The notes beneath the pieces were generated by a model. The model searched no databases and had not been told where the DNA came from. It saw only the letters and a program-made list of their open reading frames with translations. This document shows, one piece after another, positions 1-12,666 of a DNA stretch of 64,000 nt (positions within the stretch are counted from its first letter, which is position 1; each line of letters starts with the position of its first letter). Source of the DNA: Octopus sinensis (taxonomy: Eukaryota); contig NC_043000.1 in the NCBI RefSeq assembly GCF_006345805.1, positions 85,312,001 to 85,376,000 on the forward strand. The letters are read 5' to 3'. Made by a program: the position numbers and the translations under genes.

Positions 1-76
<76 letters not shown>
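1..76. repeat. (AT)n microsatellite; similar (AT)n/(CA)n/(TG)n tracts occur throughout the window
   Basis: Directly visible dinucleotide run. Confidence 0.98.
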
Positions 77-79
<3 letters not shown>

Positions 80-637
80 TGCGCACAAAAGTACATCACC
101 ATCATTTAAAATTGGGCTTTCATGCTGGCATGAGTTGAATATATGCATAAATTCACATAAATATAGCCAGGAGTATAGAAAAACTAGGGAATAAAAAATG
201 GTTATATAATAAAAACTGGAAAAAAATAAACTAGAAACAAAATTAAAATCTAAATTAGATTGTTTGCACATCATTTTTATCGTAAGATTGATGTATACTC
301 TTAGCTTCTTTTGCAAAAGTCAATGGAGATCTTTCCTGAAATCGTCCCTGCTTGAAGTGAAACAACATACAAATTACAGAAACACTCTATGGTAGACTTA
401 CCCTCTTTTTTTTTTGTTTATGAAGGAGAAACAAACAATACACTTTGTGTGGGGGGGGGTCTAGAGATCTTTCAATAAAATGAGATCTCAAGATGCACAC
501 ACAAATAATAATAAAACAATAAGGAACAGTTCACAGCCATTAATAATTTTCTATGTCCCCTTCTCTTAACTTTTAATAAAAAATAAAACTGAAAATAAAC
601 AAAAGTAATTAAATTTTTTTTTCATTTATTTTCTTAG

Positions 638-876
638 ATGCAATAAAGGCTACAAGAAATCTTTGTCAAAATGTGTTGACATTGATGAGTGCCAAGATCC
701 CAAATGTTTTGGTAATGCCACTTGCTTAAACACAAATGGTACTTTTAAATGTTTGTGTCCAAAATACTGGACGGGTGAACTCTGTAACTTGGCCGATCCT
801 TCCCCTGTTATTGGAAATAATACTCTTGCAACTGGCGCACTTGTTACAATTTTGGTCTGTATTTTCATCATATTGA
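638..876 (+). CDS. Classical cadherin exon: end of one EGF module, a calcium-binding EGF and start of the TM helix (gene continues upstream of the window)
   Basis: Acceptor ttttcttag|A at 637/638 and donor A|gtaagt at 876/877. Translates CNKGYKKSLSKCVDIDECQDPKCFGNATCLNTNGTFKCLCPKYWTGELCN...ALVTILVCIFIIL. Phase 1 end matches the next exon. Confidence 0.93.
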
Positions 877-2046
877 GTAAGTATATTTCAGTGTATTTCA
901 AATTTATTTCTATTCCTCTCTTCACCACCCTTATTATAGAGTAAAGATGTTGAGAAATACAAAGAGCCATACTAAATGCCTTGTGAAATTTATTTGCATG
1001 TCTGTGTTAAATCATTATTCCATTTTATCTAAGCTTTATTAGCAAACTGGCCATTTTCAAAATTATGATGTAAAAGAATTCTTTGTATGCACTAAACCCA
1101 TGAACCTTAAAATTACTCTAGACTCGAAACTTTGAGGAATACCTGATCCCCATTTATTTCATTTATCAGTCACACTCCTTTTTTATTAATGCAGAAGCTT
1201 CTAAGGAATCACCCAACCTGCTAAAAATAGCAGCCAGCTTCCCTGAAAGAAGAAAGTGTCTTAACCTCTTTGTTGCAATATATTTCAACAGAAATATGGT
1301 CTTTGCTTCCATCAATTTTCAAAATGGAGAACTTAATAAACTTTCATTATTAAGCTGTTGTTTGAAACAAATAAAATTATGATGAAAGGTTTTAATTTGG
1401 ATAATTTTTAAACAGGAAGTTTGTATCATAGAACCTGAGGCAGTTTCAAGCAAAAGAAGTTTAAAAAAAATAAAAACCGACTTTAGGGTAATGTAGTTCA
1501 TCGAATGGCATTCATCATAAATCTTGTGAATTAAAGTTTAGCTGGTGCTAAACAATAAGTAATATTGATTATATCACCCCCTAAAACGATGTAAAGATGA
1601 GTTCAGTTTTGAACTCATCTTTACACCATTTTCACATCAGTTTTGAGGCTCTGCAAGACAGTTTGTCTGTCATGCTGCTATTTCTGCTCCCATCAAATTC
1701 ATATGAATTCACTTTGCCAGTTAGTTTAAAGAATACAAACTCTGCTGTGCTGCTAAAACTATAGCAAAATCATTGTCTTTTAAGTGTTTTTGTTCAATGC
1801 TTGTAATTTCAAAATCATTTAACTTCAAATTTAATCTAGTATTCTTTACATACAATTTATTTGTTCTATGATGCATCATTTTGCTCAAATCCACGCTTTC
1901 TTTTTTTTTTTAAATTTAATAATGAAATTATTGTATACAGTGCTCAGGTGCACCACAACTTGTCAGAAAGTGCATATAAAGTACATGCAGTAATGTAGAA
2001 ATGTCTGGAAAGTGAACATGCTTGTGTGTGTATGGAGGGGAGAAAA

Positions 2047-2690
2047 TCAGGTGTAGTGTTGGCGAATCTCAGGAAGCATGGAAGTCTTGAAGGATGCAGT
2101 GCTCCGATAACTAACAACCGATGCCGGCAGTTTGTTCCACGCTTCAGCAACTCTCAGCGTGAAAAAATGTTTCCTGAAGTCATGGGAGCTGTGCTGTTTT
2201 CTTACTTTGTAAATATGTCCACGGGTGTTAGATGGGTGGAGTTTGAAGAGGTGCTCAGAGTTATTGTTTGTGCGATGGTTGATAATTTTATGGGTGTCTG
2301 CCAGGTCAGCTGCCAGACGTCGGAGTTTCAATGTGTCCATGCCCAGGGAAGTAAGGCGTTCAGGATATGGCAAATGCCTGATGGAGGGTATTCTTTTGGT
2401 TGCACGTCACTAAACAGCTTCCAGACGATTGATATCCTGGGCAAGATAGGGGTTCCAGACCGGTGATGCAAATTCCAGGTGAGGTCTTACCATAGCTATA
2501 GATAGCCGGAGAGCGGCTCACAAAGGATTTGGTGAGTGATGCCAAGACACCCTCAGCCTTCTTGACAATTTTGGCGATGTGTTTTGTCCAACGCAAATCA
2601 CTGTCGACAATTAATTTCAAGTGTCTACCTTTGATATATACTGAATTGACAATGAAACATGTACCAAAACTTTGTGACATCAAACTAGTG
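2047..2690 (-). mobile_element. CR1-clade LINE 3' fragment, antisense in a cadherin intron
   Basis: Translates ...DSDLRWTKHIAKIVKKAEGVL... and YPERLTSLGMDTLKLRRLAADL...TRGH.YK...FFTLRV..AWNKLP, typical of CR1 ORF2 C-termini; frameshifted. Confidence 0.85.
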
Positions 2691-2813
2691 AGAAATATTA
2701 GTTACATCTTCTCTCTAGGAATTTTAAGCCCAAAATTAATTTTACAATTAAACTAAATATAGATTCTTATATACAACTCATATACTCTTATAAAGTGTTG
2801 TTTTTTTTTTTAA

Positions 2814-3866
2814 CCCTTTCGTTACTATATTTCTGACCAAAATACACCCCATCATGAGTTTCAATTAAATTCTAAAATAATCATGAATCTAGGCTTGTTT
2901 CATTAAATAACTGTAACTTTTTTACTTAACATATTAATGTGATATTTGGAACATAATTAAAGAAAGGGTTCTTAATCAATTCTATTGCATAACTTTTGTC
3001 TCAAAGTACTTTAATTACTGGTAAATCCAGGTAAATTGAGCAAAAGGTAAAAATATTAAAATTTATATTGAGCAAAAGGTAAAAATATTAAAATTTTGTT
3101 TAAACATCACCATAGAAAATGAATCATCAGCTAATATTCAAATGGGTATGCAACAAAATTTTGATAAAGAATTGTGCACATCACTATATCAAGTTGAATT
3201 TAATGCACAACAGGTGTACCATAAAGGTGGAATAAAGTGAAATACTGGAATCCACTGTAATTTGACCGAACTAAAGAAATCGGTCAAAAAATAATATACG
3301 GCCCTGGTTATGGTATGGAAGTGATAAATTCCAGACCACATCGTTCCCTAGGCCATGCTGACTAACATTATTTTCCCTGTATAAAAACTAAATCCACGCA
3401 GTACCCAGTATTTGCTTCACAAATTTTCCGAAATTTGAACCCCCATTTTGTGTTTGTTTACATTCTGCGTAAGTTTGTTTCTGCATTGATCGCTTCAAAC
3501 AATAACTTCCAGACCACATCATACGCTAAGCCATGCTGACTAACATTAGTTTCCCTGTATAAAAACTAAATCCACAACAGTACCCAGTATTTGTTTCACA
3601 AATTTTCTAATTCGGAATCAATGCTTGATAACATGAAACTCCTATCCATTTTCAAAGTTGAAGAAAAATCGATGCCGGAAAAAATGTGGGAAAAAATCTC
3701 CAAAAATTCAGGGAATTAAAATTACATGTCAATCTTTGTACAAAACTGTAGATGAACTGTTTACGAAGCATAATCACGTGTTTTCACGAATGTACTAAAG
3801 AGATTTGCTCTGATATTCTCATTTAAATATGAATAGGTAAATTCGGGCGGTTTGTTAACGAAAGGG
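2814..3866 (-). mobile_element. Non-autonomous piggyBac derivative (copy A)
   Basis: TTAA on both sides (2810-2813, 3867-3870). TIRs CCCTTTCGTTAC / GTTAACGAAAGGG. Ends are shared with 19381-20466. Confidence 0.9.
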
Positions 3867-3953
3867 TTAATATAGCTTAGACTCAGAAAAAATATCCAAT
3901 GAAAATGAATGTGTTTCATGACAAACTGTAACTAGTCCTCTTTCTCTTTCCAG

Positions 3954-4076
3954 TCATTGTGTTGCTGGTTCTCTTATTTAAGCGGAACAAGAAAGCTGGA
4001 GACAAATTTGTGTTAGAGGTTGATTCTGATGATGACATCAGGGAAAATGTGATCAGTTATGATGAAGAAGGAGCGG
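3954..4076 (+). CDS. Classical cadherin exon: rest of TM helix and juxtamembrane domain
   Basis: Acceptor tttctctttccag| and donor G|gtaat. A+TC gives Ile, then IVLLVLLFKRNKKAGDKFVLEVDSDDDIRENVISYDEEGA. DIRENV/YDEEG is the classical cadherin juxtamembrane signature. Confidence 0.95.
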
Positions 4077-6160
4077 GTAATTTTAAACATTCTGGTCATT
4101 TGTATTTGTTTTAATTTTAATTCAATTAATAAAGTTTAATCTCTAGAAACTGAATCACTAAACTGTTTGACTAATCACTGCTAGTGGTACTGTACTATGA
4201 CCAAGTGACTTATCACTTTCAGAAAACTCAGTTTCACTTATTTGTAAATAGATACCATGAGTAGGTGTAATTCAGCATTTGTAGCAATCAGAGACCACTG
4301 CCCTCTGGGACTGGCTAAGATAGAATCACTCACACTCCACAGCCCTGTTTCTGTTACTACCAAACTAACATATTCAATATAAATAAAGGGATTTCATTAT
4401 CCTAATTTATTCGGTTGTTTCAAAATTAGTTGTTTTAGGGTTGATATTAAGTGGTATCAATGAAATTCTTTATACATGATAGCTTCCTTGTTGGTTTCTT
4501 AAAAAATGAAATCAGTATGATCAGTTTGATGAAGTTTTCTGAGTTCATTAGTATCTTGATAGTTGTATAGCCATTTCAGAAACAACTTTGTGATGTATAC
4601 ACCTAGCGCAAAGATTAACCAGAAAACTATTGAGACCAACTGTTATGTACTTACCAGTCTATATTTTATTATATTTTCACTGCTTGTCTATGCTATTTGT
4701 GCTATTTTAGCATTCATCTGTAAGTTTTGAATCTACCAAGTAAATAGCTATGAATGCAACACAATAAAAGACAAAAATACTATTCTGATATGCTTTGAAA
4801 GTATCTGAAAAGACTGACAAGGAAATATGTTTGCTTTCATATACAATTTTTCTCTGGTGTTTCATGTGACCATGAATAACACTGTGTAACCTGATTTTTG
4901 CCCTTGGGTAGCAACTGTTATTTCTTATTTGCTTACTCCTAGAAAGTAATGAAAAAGGGTTAATATTTCCTTCAAACTTCGCTTTTGTTACATTTATTCA
5001 TACCCCAAAGAATCCCTCTCAATATATGGCTTTGATGCTCCTCCACTACTCCGGATCATCATCAGAGATGCACATATTGTCAGCCACTAAGGAACATGCT
5101 TAAGTAGTTATAATCAAGTAACTGATGAACAAATCTGTGGTGATGCTGAGCAGAATATTTGCTTTAATGATATTTCTGCATCAGCAACTCAGCACTAAAT
5201 CTGTCTGAAATGTAATGGAAAATGTCAGTTTCAAAACATTGATGTCCAGATCACAAAAGCAAAGTTTGAAAGAAATAGTTATCATTTCTTTTGATTTCCA
5301 GATAGAAACAACTAGGAAATAACCCTTACTGACCAAAGACAAAAAAAATTGAAATTTTGTTACACAGTGTAATAGTCAGATAAGTTAATAAATATACCAG
5401 CCCGCAAACTGAGTCAATTGTTTATTTCTCGTTGGCACTTAAAAGACTAGTCTACTTTATTGAAAATATTATATGAAATAGATCATCATTTTACTGTCCA
5501 CTTTTTCATGCTTGCATGGGTCAGGTGAAGTTTGAGGTAGATTTTCTTTGATTTGATGCATACCCTTCTTGTTGCCAATCCTCATCTACTTACAAGCAAG
5601 ATAATATTTCCCATGGTGAGACATGTTTTCATAGAATACTGGAAATGAATAATTCTACTTGCATAACAGTGATACTCACAATATCAAGACAAGGAGTCAT
5701 AAATATGCATTGCATGTGTATACATACAACAGGCTTCTTTCAGTTTCCATCTACCAAATCCAGTCACAAGGCTTTGGTCAGTCTGGGGCTATAGTAGAAG
5801 ACACTTGCCCAAGATACCATACAGTGGGATAGAACCCAAAACCATGGAGTTGGGAAGCAAACTTCTTAATCACAATCATACCTTCACAATATATAGTTGG
5901 GTGTGAAATGATTTTCATTAGCTGCACTGCTAAGCACAAATTCTTCCAGTTCCTGTCAAGCCAACCAACCTATGCCAGCATGTTAAATGGACATTAAATG
6001 TTGATGATTATGATGATACAATCACTAAAATAAGTAGTCAAGATTTGCTATGGATCAATAAAGAAGTACAAAAATAGTTAAACAAATCAATAAAAAATAA
6101 AAAGAAATTGAATAAATTTGCTCATTAGTTCGTATATTCATGTTTTTTTTTTAATATCAG

Positions 6161-6247
6161 GTGAAGAGGACCAGTTAGCTTATGATATTTCCCGATTACG
6201 CAAAGCGGAACCGACATTGAAACCTGTCATTGATAAGCCTGTGCGCA
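6161..6247 (+). CDS. Classical cadherin exon: second half of the p120-binding core and linker
   Basis: Acceptor ttttttaatatcag| and donor A|gtaagt. G+GT gives Gly, then EEDQLAYDISRLRKAEPTLKPVIDKPVR, completing YDEEGAGEED. 87 nt, phase 1/1. Confidence 0.93.
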
Positions 6248-7464
6248 GTAAGTTGGGTTTTTTTGTTTGTTTTTGTTTTCTCTAATTTTTATTTACCTTG
6301 TTAAGTCAGTCAGTCAGTCAAATACTAACTGAAAAGTATAAAACAAAATATATTTTCTTATTGAATTGAGAGTAGGGTGGTATATTGCAGCAGAGCTCCA
6401 GCATGAGAAACATTTAAATTGAAATAGGTTCTACATGAGAACCACTTGAGAGCAAACATGAAAACTAACATCTATATTTGCCAATTTAACTAGTTTGTAA
6501 CTGAAATAACAGCTCTTTTATCACGTTTAAAGGCAACAATTTCTTTCAACTTCAGTTCACATCTCCCTGGCCCAATAGCCACAGACTTCCTGGCATTTCA
6601 TCAATTATTTACAGAGTTTATCCAGCAATATCTTCAAATCAATCACTTTTCTATTTCCAACAAACACAAAAATTCACTCTTAAATGCATTAAAAATAAAC
6701 AGATCTTCAGTCCTACTTCAGTAGGATTAAAGCTGAAGTCCATTAACATCACATCACTTCATTAGAATTAAAGCTGCAGTCCATGAACATCATTACATCA
6801 CTTCACATAAATCTTTCATTGTTTCATTTCATTCTACAAAATCTTCGAATCTGTCAGGGATGTAGAGGCAGTTAATCAAATATCCAATAATTCTGTTTGA
6901 TCAAGTTAATTATATTTTATTTTACTTAACCTGGTGTCATTAATGATGGATCCAGTTCTTTTATATATCTTATATCTTTTACTTGTTTCAGTCATTTGAC
7001 TGTGGCCGTGCTGGGGCATTGCCTTAAAAACTTTTAGTCAAACAAATCAAACCCAGGGCTTAATTTTTTCAAGACTAGTTCTTATTCTGTCAGTCTCTTT
7101 TGCCGAACCACTAAGTTACAGGGACATGAACACACCAGCACCTGTTGTTAAGCAGAGGTGGAGGACAAACACAGACACAGAGATATATACAGTTGTGTGT
7201 GTGTGTGTGTATGTATATATAAGATTTATATTTTAGAGATTCACATATATGTACACACACACACACACATATTTATATATATATATACATACACGTATAC
7301 ACTATATATACATATATACACACACACACGCATATATAATATAGGTGATGCACCAGCATGACCTCAGCCCTGGGCTGAAAAACCAGTAAAAGACACACAC
7401 ACGCACACACATCATCACCATCATATGTCCATGCTGGCATGGGTTGGATATATATATATATATA

Positions 7465-9452
7465 GGAATCACTGCAGAGATTTTTAAAGTATCTGGCAGT
7501 ATTGGCTATAGTCTAGTCACCCGTATAGTCAATCAGGTGATACATGAAGGAATCATACCCAAAGACTAGTGTAGCAGCACCATAGACAACTGCTACAAAG
7601 GTAAAGGTGATGCATTAGATACAAATAATTACAGAGATATCGAGTTATTTGATCAGGTAATAAAAGTCATGGAGAGGGTCATAACCAAACTAATTAAAGA
7701 GAGTCAGTCTAGACAAGATGCAGTTTGGGTTTGTGCCAGGGAAAAGCACTACTGATGCTATATTTCTAGCAAGACAGCTGCAGGAGCAATACCTAGCTAA
7801 GGATAAACCTCTGTACCTAGCTTTTGTTGATATAGAGAAAGCCTTCGACAGGGTCCCCTGATCCCTTATCTGGTGGTCAATGAGAAAACTAGGGATAGAT
7901 GAATGGTTAATGAGAGCTGTACAAGCCAAGTACAGGGATGCTGTCAGTAAGGTGAGGGTTGGCAACGAGTACAGTGAAGAATTCCAGGTAGGGGTCCACT
8001 AAGGATCAGTCCTCAGTCCCCTCTTATTTATCATAGTGCTCCAGGCAATAACAGGAATTCAAGACAGGATGCTTCTGAGAACTTTTCTTTACTGATGACC
8101 TTGCTCTAATAGCTGAGTCACTATCAGAACTAGAGAAGTTTCAGATGTGAAAGCAAGGTCTAGAATCGAAAAGCCTTAGAGTCAACCTAGCAAAAGCCAA
8201 AATCTTAAAAATTAGGAAGGCAGACAAACCACACATCCCTTCAGGTAGATGACCCTGCTTGATCTATAGAAAAGGCATAGGTAGAAACTCCATAAGATGT
8301 ACTCAGTCTAAGCAATGGACACATAAGAGATGCAGCAATATCAAAGGAAGGCTAACAGGGAAGATAGTTTTTGTATGGCAAATGTTCTGGAGCAATAAAC
8401 ACTGAAAATGTGCAGAGAATAGCTTCTGTCACATTCCAGTGGTAAAAACTACAAGTAGTTGATAGCTTCCATTAGCTAGGCACCCAAGTCAGTAGTGGGG
8501 ATAGATGCTCTGAAAGTGTAGCTGCTAGAATAAGAATAGCCTGGGCAAAGTTCAGAGAGCTCCTACATCTACTGGTGACAAAGTGCCTCTTGCTCAGAGT
8601 AAAAGGTAGACTGTATGATGCATGTGTGCAAACAGCCATGCTACATGACTGAAACCTGGGCCATGACTGCTAAGGACATGCGTAAGCGTGCAAGGAATGA
8701 AACCATTATGCTCCGCTGGATGTGTAATGTCAGTGTGATACACAACAGTGTAAGCGTCCTGAGAGAAAAGTTGGACTTAAGAAGTATCAGATGTGATATG
8801 CAAGAGAGACGACTGCTCTGGTATGGTCATGTGTTCTGAATGGATGAGGACAGCTGTGTGTAAAGGTGTCACACCCTAGCAGTAGAGTGAACCTGTGGAA
8901 GAGGTAGACCCTGGAAGATCTGGGATGAGGTGGTGAAGCACGACTTTCAAACATTGTGGGATGAGGTGGTGAAGCACGACTTTCAAACATTGGGCCTCAC
9001 CGAGGCAATGACAAGTGACCAAGACCTTTGGAGATATGCTTTGCTTAAGACCTGATAAGCCAAGTAAGACTGTAACCATGACATTTGCCAGTGCAGCATA
9101 ACCAGCTCATTTGAGTACCCTTCAATCATTGGGCAATAAACTGCACTTGCAAAGACCTGTTGAGACAAGTGAAATAGTTGTCATGACAGTACCACCTGAT
9201 TTTGGTGCCAGTGGACGTTAAAGGCACCATCTAAGCATGATCATTGCCAGTGCCGCCTGACTTGCCCTCATGCCAGTGGCACATAAAAAGCACTCCCTAC
9301 ACTCTTGGAGTAGTTGGCATTAAGAAAGGCATCAAGCTGTAGAAATTTTGCCAGATCAGATTGGAACCTGGTACAGCCTTTTGGCTTGCCAGCCCTCAGT
9401 CAAGCTGTCCAACCCATGCCAGCATGGAAAACGGACTTTAAACAATGATGAT
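7465..9452 (+). mobile_element. RTE-clade LINE, 5'-truncated and degraded, with its 3' UTR ending in (GAT)n
   Basis: RT motifs QFGFVPGKSTTDAIF and LYLAFVDIEKAFDRVP, a GSVLSPLLF-like motif and DDL; several stops and frameshifts. The 3' UTR at 9060-9452 ends tccaacccatgccagcatgg...gatgatg. Confidence 0.9.
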
Positions 9453-9975
9453 GCACATATATATATATTATATATATATATATATGTATATACATACATA
9501 CACACATATATTTATACACACACATACATATACGCACGTTTATACACACACATATATGTATGTATATATATATGTATATATATATATACACATACACACA
9601 CACATATACTCACACACATATATATATACACACACACACACACACATATGTGTGTGTGTGTGTGTGTGAATATTGCAACCTGGCTTCGTCAGTGTTGGAC
9701 CCAGTACAATTTTTAGGAATTAACAAGTCTCTTTTCACTTGACTCCACCCTTTCATTATTTGCCCCTATACTACTGTGATCATTTTTTTCTGTCAACTGT
9801 TTTTGATATTACACGCACAAATTCTTGAACTTTGTGCCGCATTGACTAACATTGTTAAGGATGTTTAGTTCTTCAAATGTTTACCTTAAAGCTTATTACT
9901 AGTGTAATTTACACTCACCTTTTAGAGGTATGTGTCACATAAGTTTTACTAATTATTGCTATCATTTCTCTTCAG

Positions 9976-10235
9976 GTTATAATCCAGACGGGGATCGACC
10001 TGAAGTCGGCAGTTACATTGATAATCTTATTAAGGAAGCAGACAATGATGATGTTGCACCGCCATACGACAGTGTCCGTGAGTTTGTGTACGAAGGGGCA
10101 GACAGTGATGTAGGCTCTCTCAGTTCACTAAATACAAGCTCTGGCAGTGAAGGAGATAATGATTACGATGCCTTGAATGAGTGGGGACCAAAGTTTGCTA
10201 AGCTGGCTGATATGTACGGTGGTGGAGGAGAATAA
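9976..10235 (+). CDS. Classical cadherin terminal coding exon: beta-catenin-binding domain
   Basis: Acceptor tttctcttcag|GT; A+GT gives Ser. Reads [99 protein letters not shown] and WGPKF.KLADMYG are Cadherin_C motifs. Confidence 0.97.
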
Positions 10236-12632
10236 CTAACTTAGACTTAAAAGATGAAGTAGAAGTAAAATAGCTGCATTTTTTTTTAAGTAAGGAGGGG
10301 CAAAAATACTAAAATTTTCTAATAAACTCAGGTTTGTTTGCTTCACCAATTGCATTTCATATCTTACAGAAAAAAATGTACCCAAGAAATAAGAAAAGCA
10401 CATATATATATATATAAACAAAATTTCCATCTTAAAGAAGAAAAAAATTGTCATTTAGTTAAGAGATCAATAGTGAGAAGCAAAAAGGTAGTTTTGAACC
10501 AGCTTCTTGATGTCCAGATTATTTTCTATGATTGACAATTGCTATATCTACTTTACAACTTGTAGCCACTGCCAATGTCAAATCCTCCTTTTAGTCTTTT
10601 ATTTATTTATTTTTATTTAAAACAAATTTTTTAACAAGAAAAGAAATGGTTGATTTCAATATTATAAATGTTAATTTTATTATTATAAGTTCAATTTTTA
10701 GCCATATATGTACATATAGCAACCTTGAAAATTAAAAGTGTATATATAAACTTTAGGAATATAACTAACCATTTAAAATGTATCTTAGGTTGTAAATGTA
10801 AAGTAAAAAAGAAAAATTACCAGTATTAGCCAATATATCTAGTATTATCAACAAAGGTTGATAGTTCATATTTTTGCTAAATATTTCAAAGCTTCTTAAC
10901 ACTCTAATTTTCATGTTTAACAAAAACAACTTTGGATTAGTTTTGTCTTAATTTTAAATTTTAGAACTTCAATTTTGTCCAGTTTGTGATTATATTAGAC
11001 AAACTAACAGTTTTCAAATGTAGATTTAACTTGTTTTAGTAATATCTAGAATATTTTTCCAATACTATACATTGTTATAGATCAGTTCTGTCAGAACTTT
11101 GCCATAGATCTGCTCAGAACTGTATCATAGGTCTTCCCGGTTGGGATGGTGTCAGAGGCCTGCCCTGTCTGGTTGTGGCAGTGTCAGAGGCCTGCCCAGT
11201 TGGGGCAGTGTCAGGTGCCTGCCAGTAGGGGTGATATCAGGTGCCTGCCTGGTCAGGGCAGTGTCGGGTGCTTGCCCAGTTGGAACTGTGCCATACATCA
11301 GCTCAGTCAATTGGAACATGTGATTTTTATATATCTGAGTCTTCTATAGTTTTGCCACTCAATCACTAAGTGCCATACACTCACATTGCACTGTGATGAA
11401 GCAGCAGAAATAAAATGAAATAATAGTTTTAAAAGATGGTTACAAAGTTTGGGATATATAATTGTAATTAATTCTCTGAAGTTCCATGAGCAAATTAAAA
11501 AAAAAAAACATTCTATCTACTGTCTTTATTATGGCCAATATTTTGATATATAATTATTTCTAATTCATTTGCTATAATAATAATAGATTTATCCCACCGC
11601 CAAATAGCAAATGAGTTTTCAGTTACAATAGCAAAACTAGAACACCTTAAGTAAATTACCTGAATGACTGAATTTAGTTAAATCTTTCAGTTAAATTACT
11701 TTTTTTTTATGTTCATGGTTGAAAAAAAAAATTAAATTCAACAGAAATCATGTCATTGAGTAATTTAATTTCCATCACTTGTAAATGGATTAGTACCATC
11801 GCCTCTTCTCACTCACTTTCAGTTAACATTAAACCTTTAGTTACCATATTTGTTGAAATAGATTGCCTTTGTTTCAATTGATTGTGAAAATAATGAAAAA
11901 TTTTGTAAAATAACTTAAGCTGATGTTTAGAACAGGTTAACATGGAATTTTGATGGAAAGGTTTAATTTAGCTCACTTTAAATGGGGAATTTATATCATA
12001 GAACTAAGGACAGTATAAAAAAAGGCTAAATAAGTTTAACCAATTTTATTTTTTTAACTTAATTTTTATTTGCCTTTTCTCTTCTTAAATGGCTCTTTAA
12101 TTTTTTTAAATTACTTATTTTAACGGAAATTGATAAATTTTACTTTCAAACTAAGCTTTTCAACACATTTCTTGAACATTTTCTACAAAATGTGCAACTG
12201 TTTACAGCACAATTTTATTCTCCTCCACACCAGATAATTTAGAAAATTTATATATTAATTCCAAACAAAAATCACATTGCCTTTGGAATTGTGGTTTATA
12301 TTTCTTGTGAAAATCATCTGACCAATTCTCCGCCTTATATTTTATTTCTACCACTGCTATTTCATCATTACAATCTGAAGAAAGACAAAAAAAATGGTTG
12401 TGATCTCATATTTTGTATGATACTTTTATTTTTGTTTTGTTTTTTTTTTTTGTTTTGTTTTTTTTTTAAATTCTCTTTTCCCATTGTTGTAAAACATTTC
12501 TACTGCCTCCCTCTTTCAATATGCATATTAATTTCTTTCTATACATAAAAACAAAGTATTTTTTATGGGTGAAGGTAAAAAAAATTAAAAAACACCACCT
12601 GTAGCAATATTTTTTACACTGCTGTTCCAAAA

Positions 12633-12666
<34 letters not shown>

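Noticed and set aside
650-970. 106-aa minus-strand ORF
   Set aside because: Antisense shadow of the cadherin EGF/TM exon.
2026-2466. 146-aa plus-strand ORF
   Set aside because: Antisense to the CR1 fragment, with no recognisable motif.
9930-9975. ORF-track start for the cadherin tail
   Set aside because: Intronic; the exon begins at the acceptor at 9976.
11170-11270. CAGUGU loops resembling iron-responsive elements
   Set aside because: The flanking five bases do not pair and there is no C-bulge geometry.
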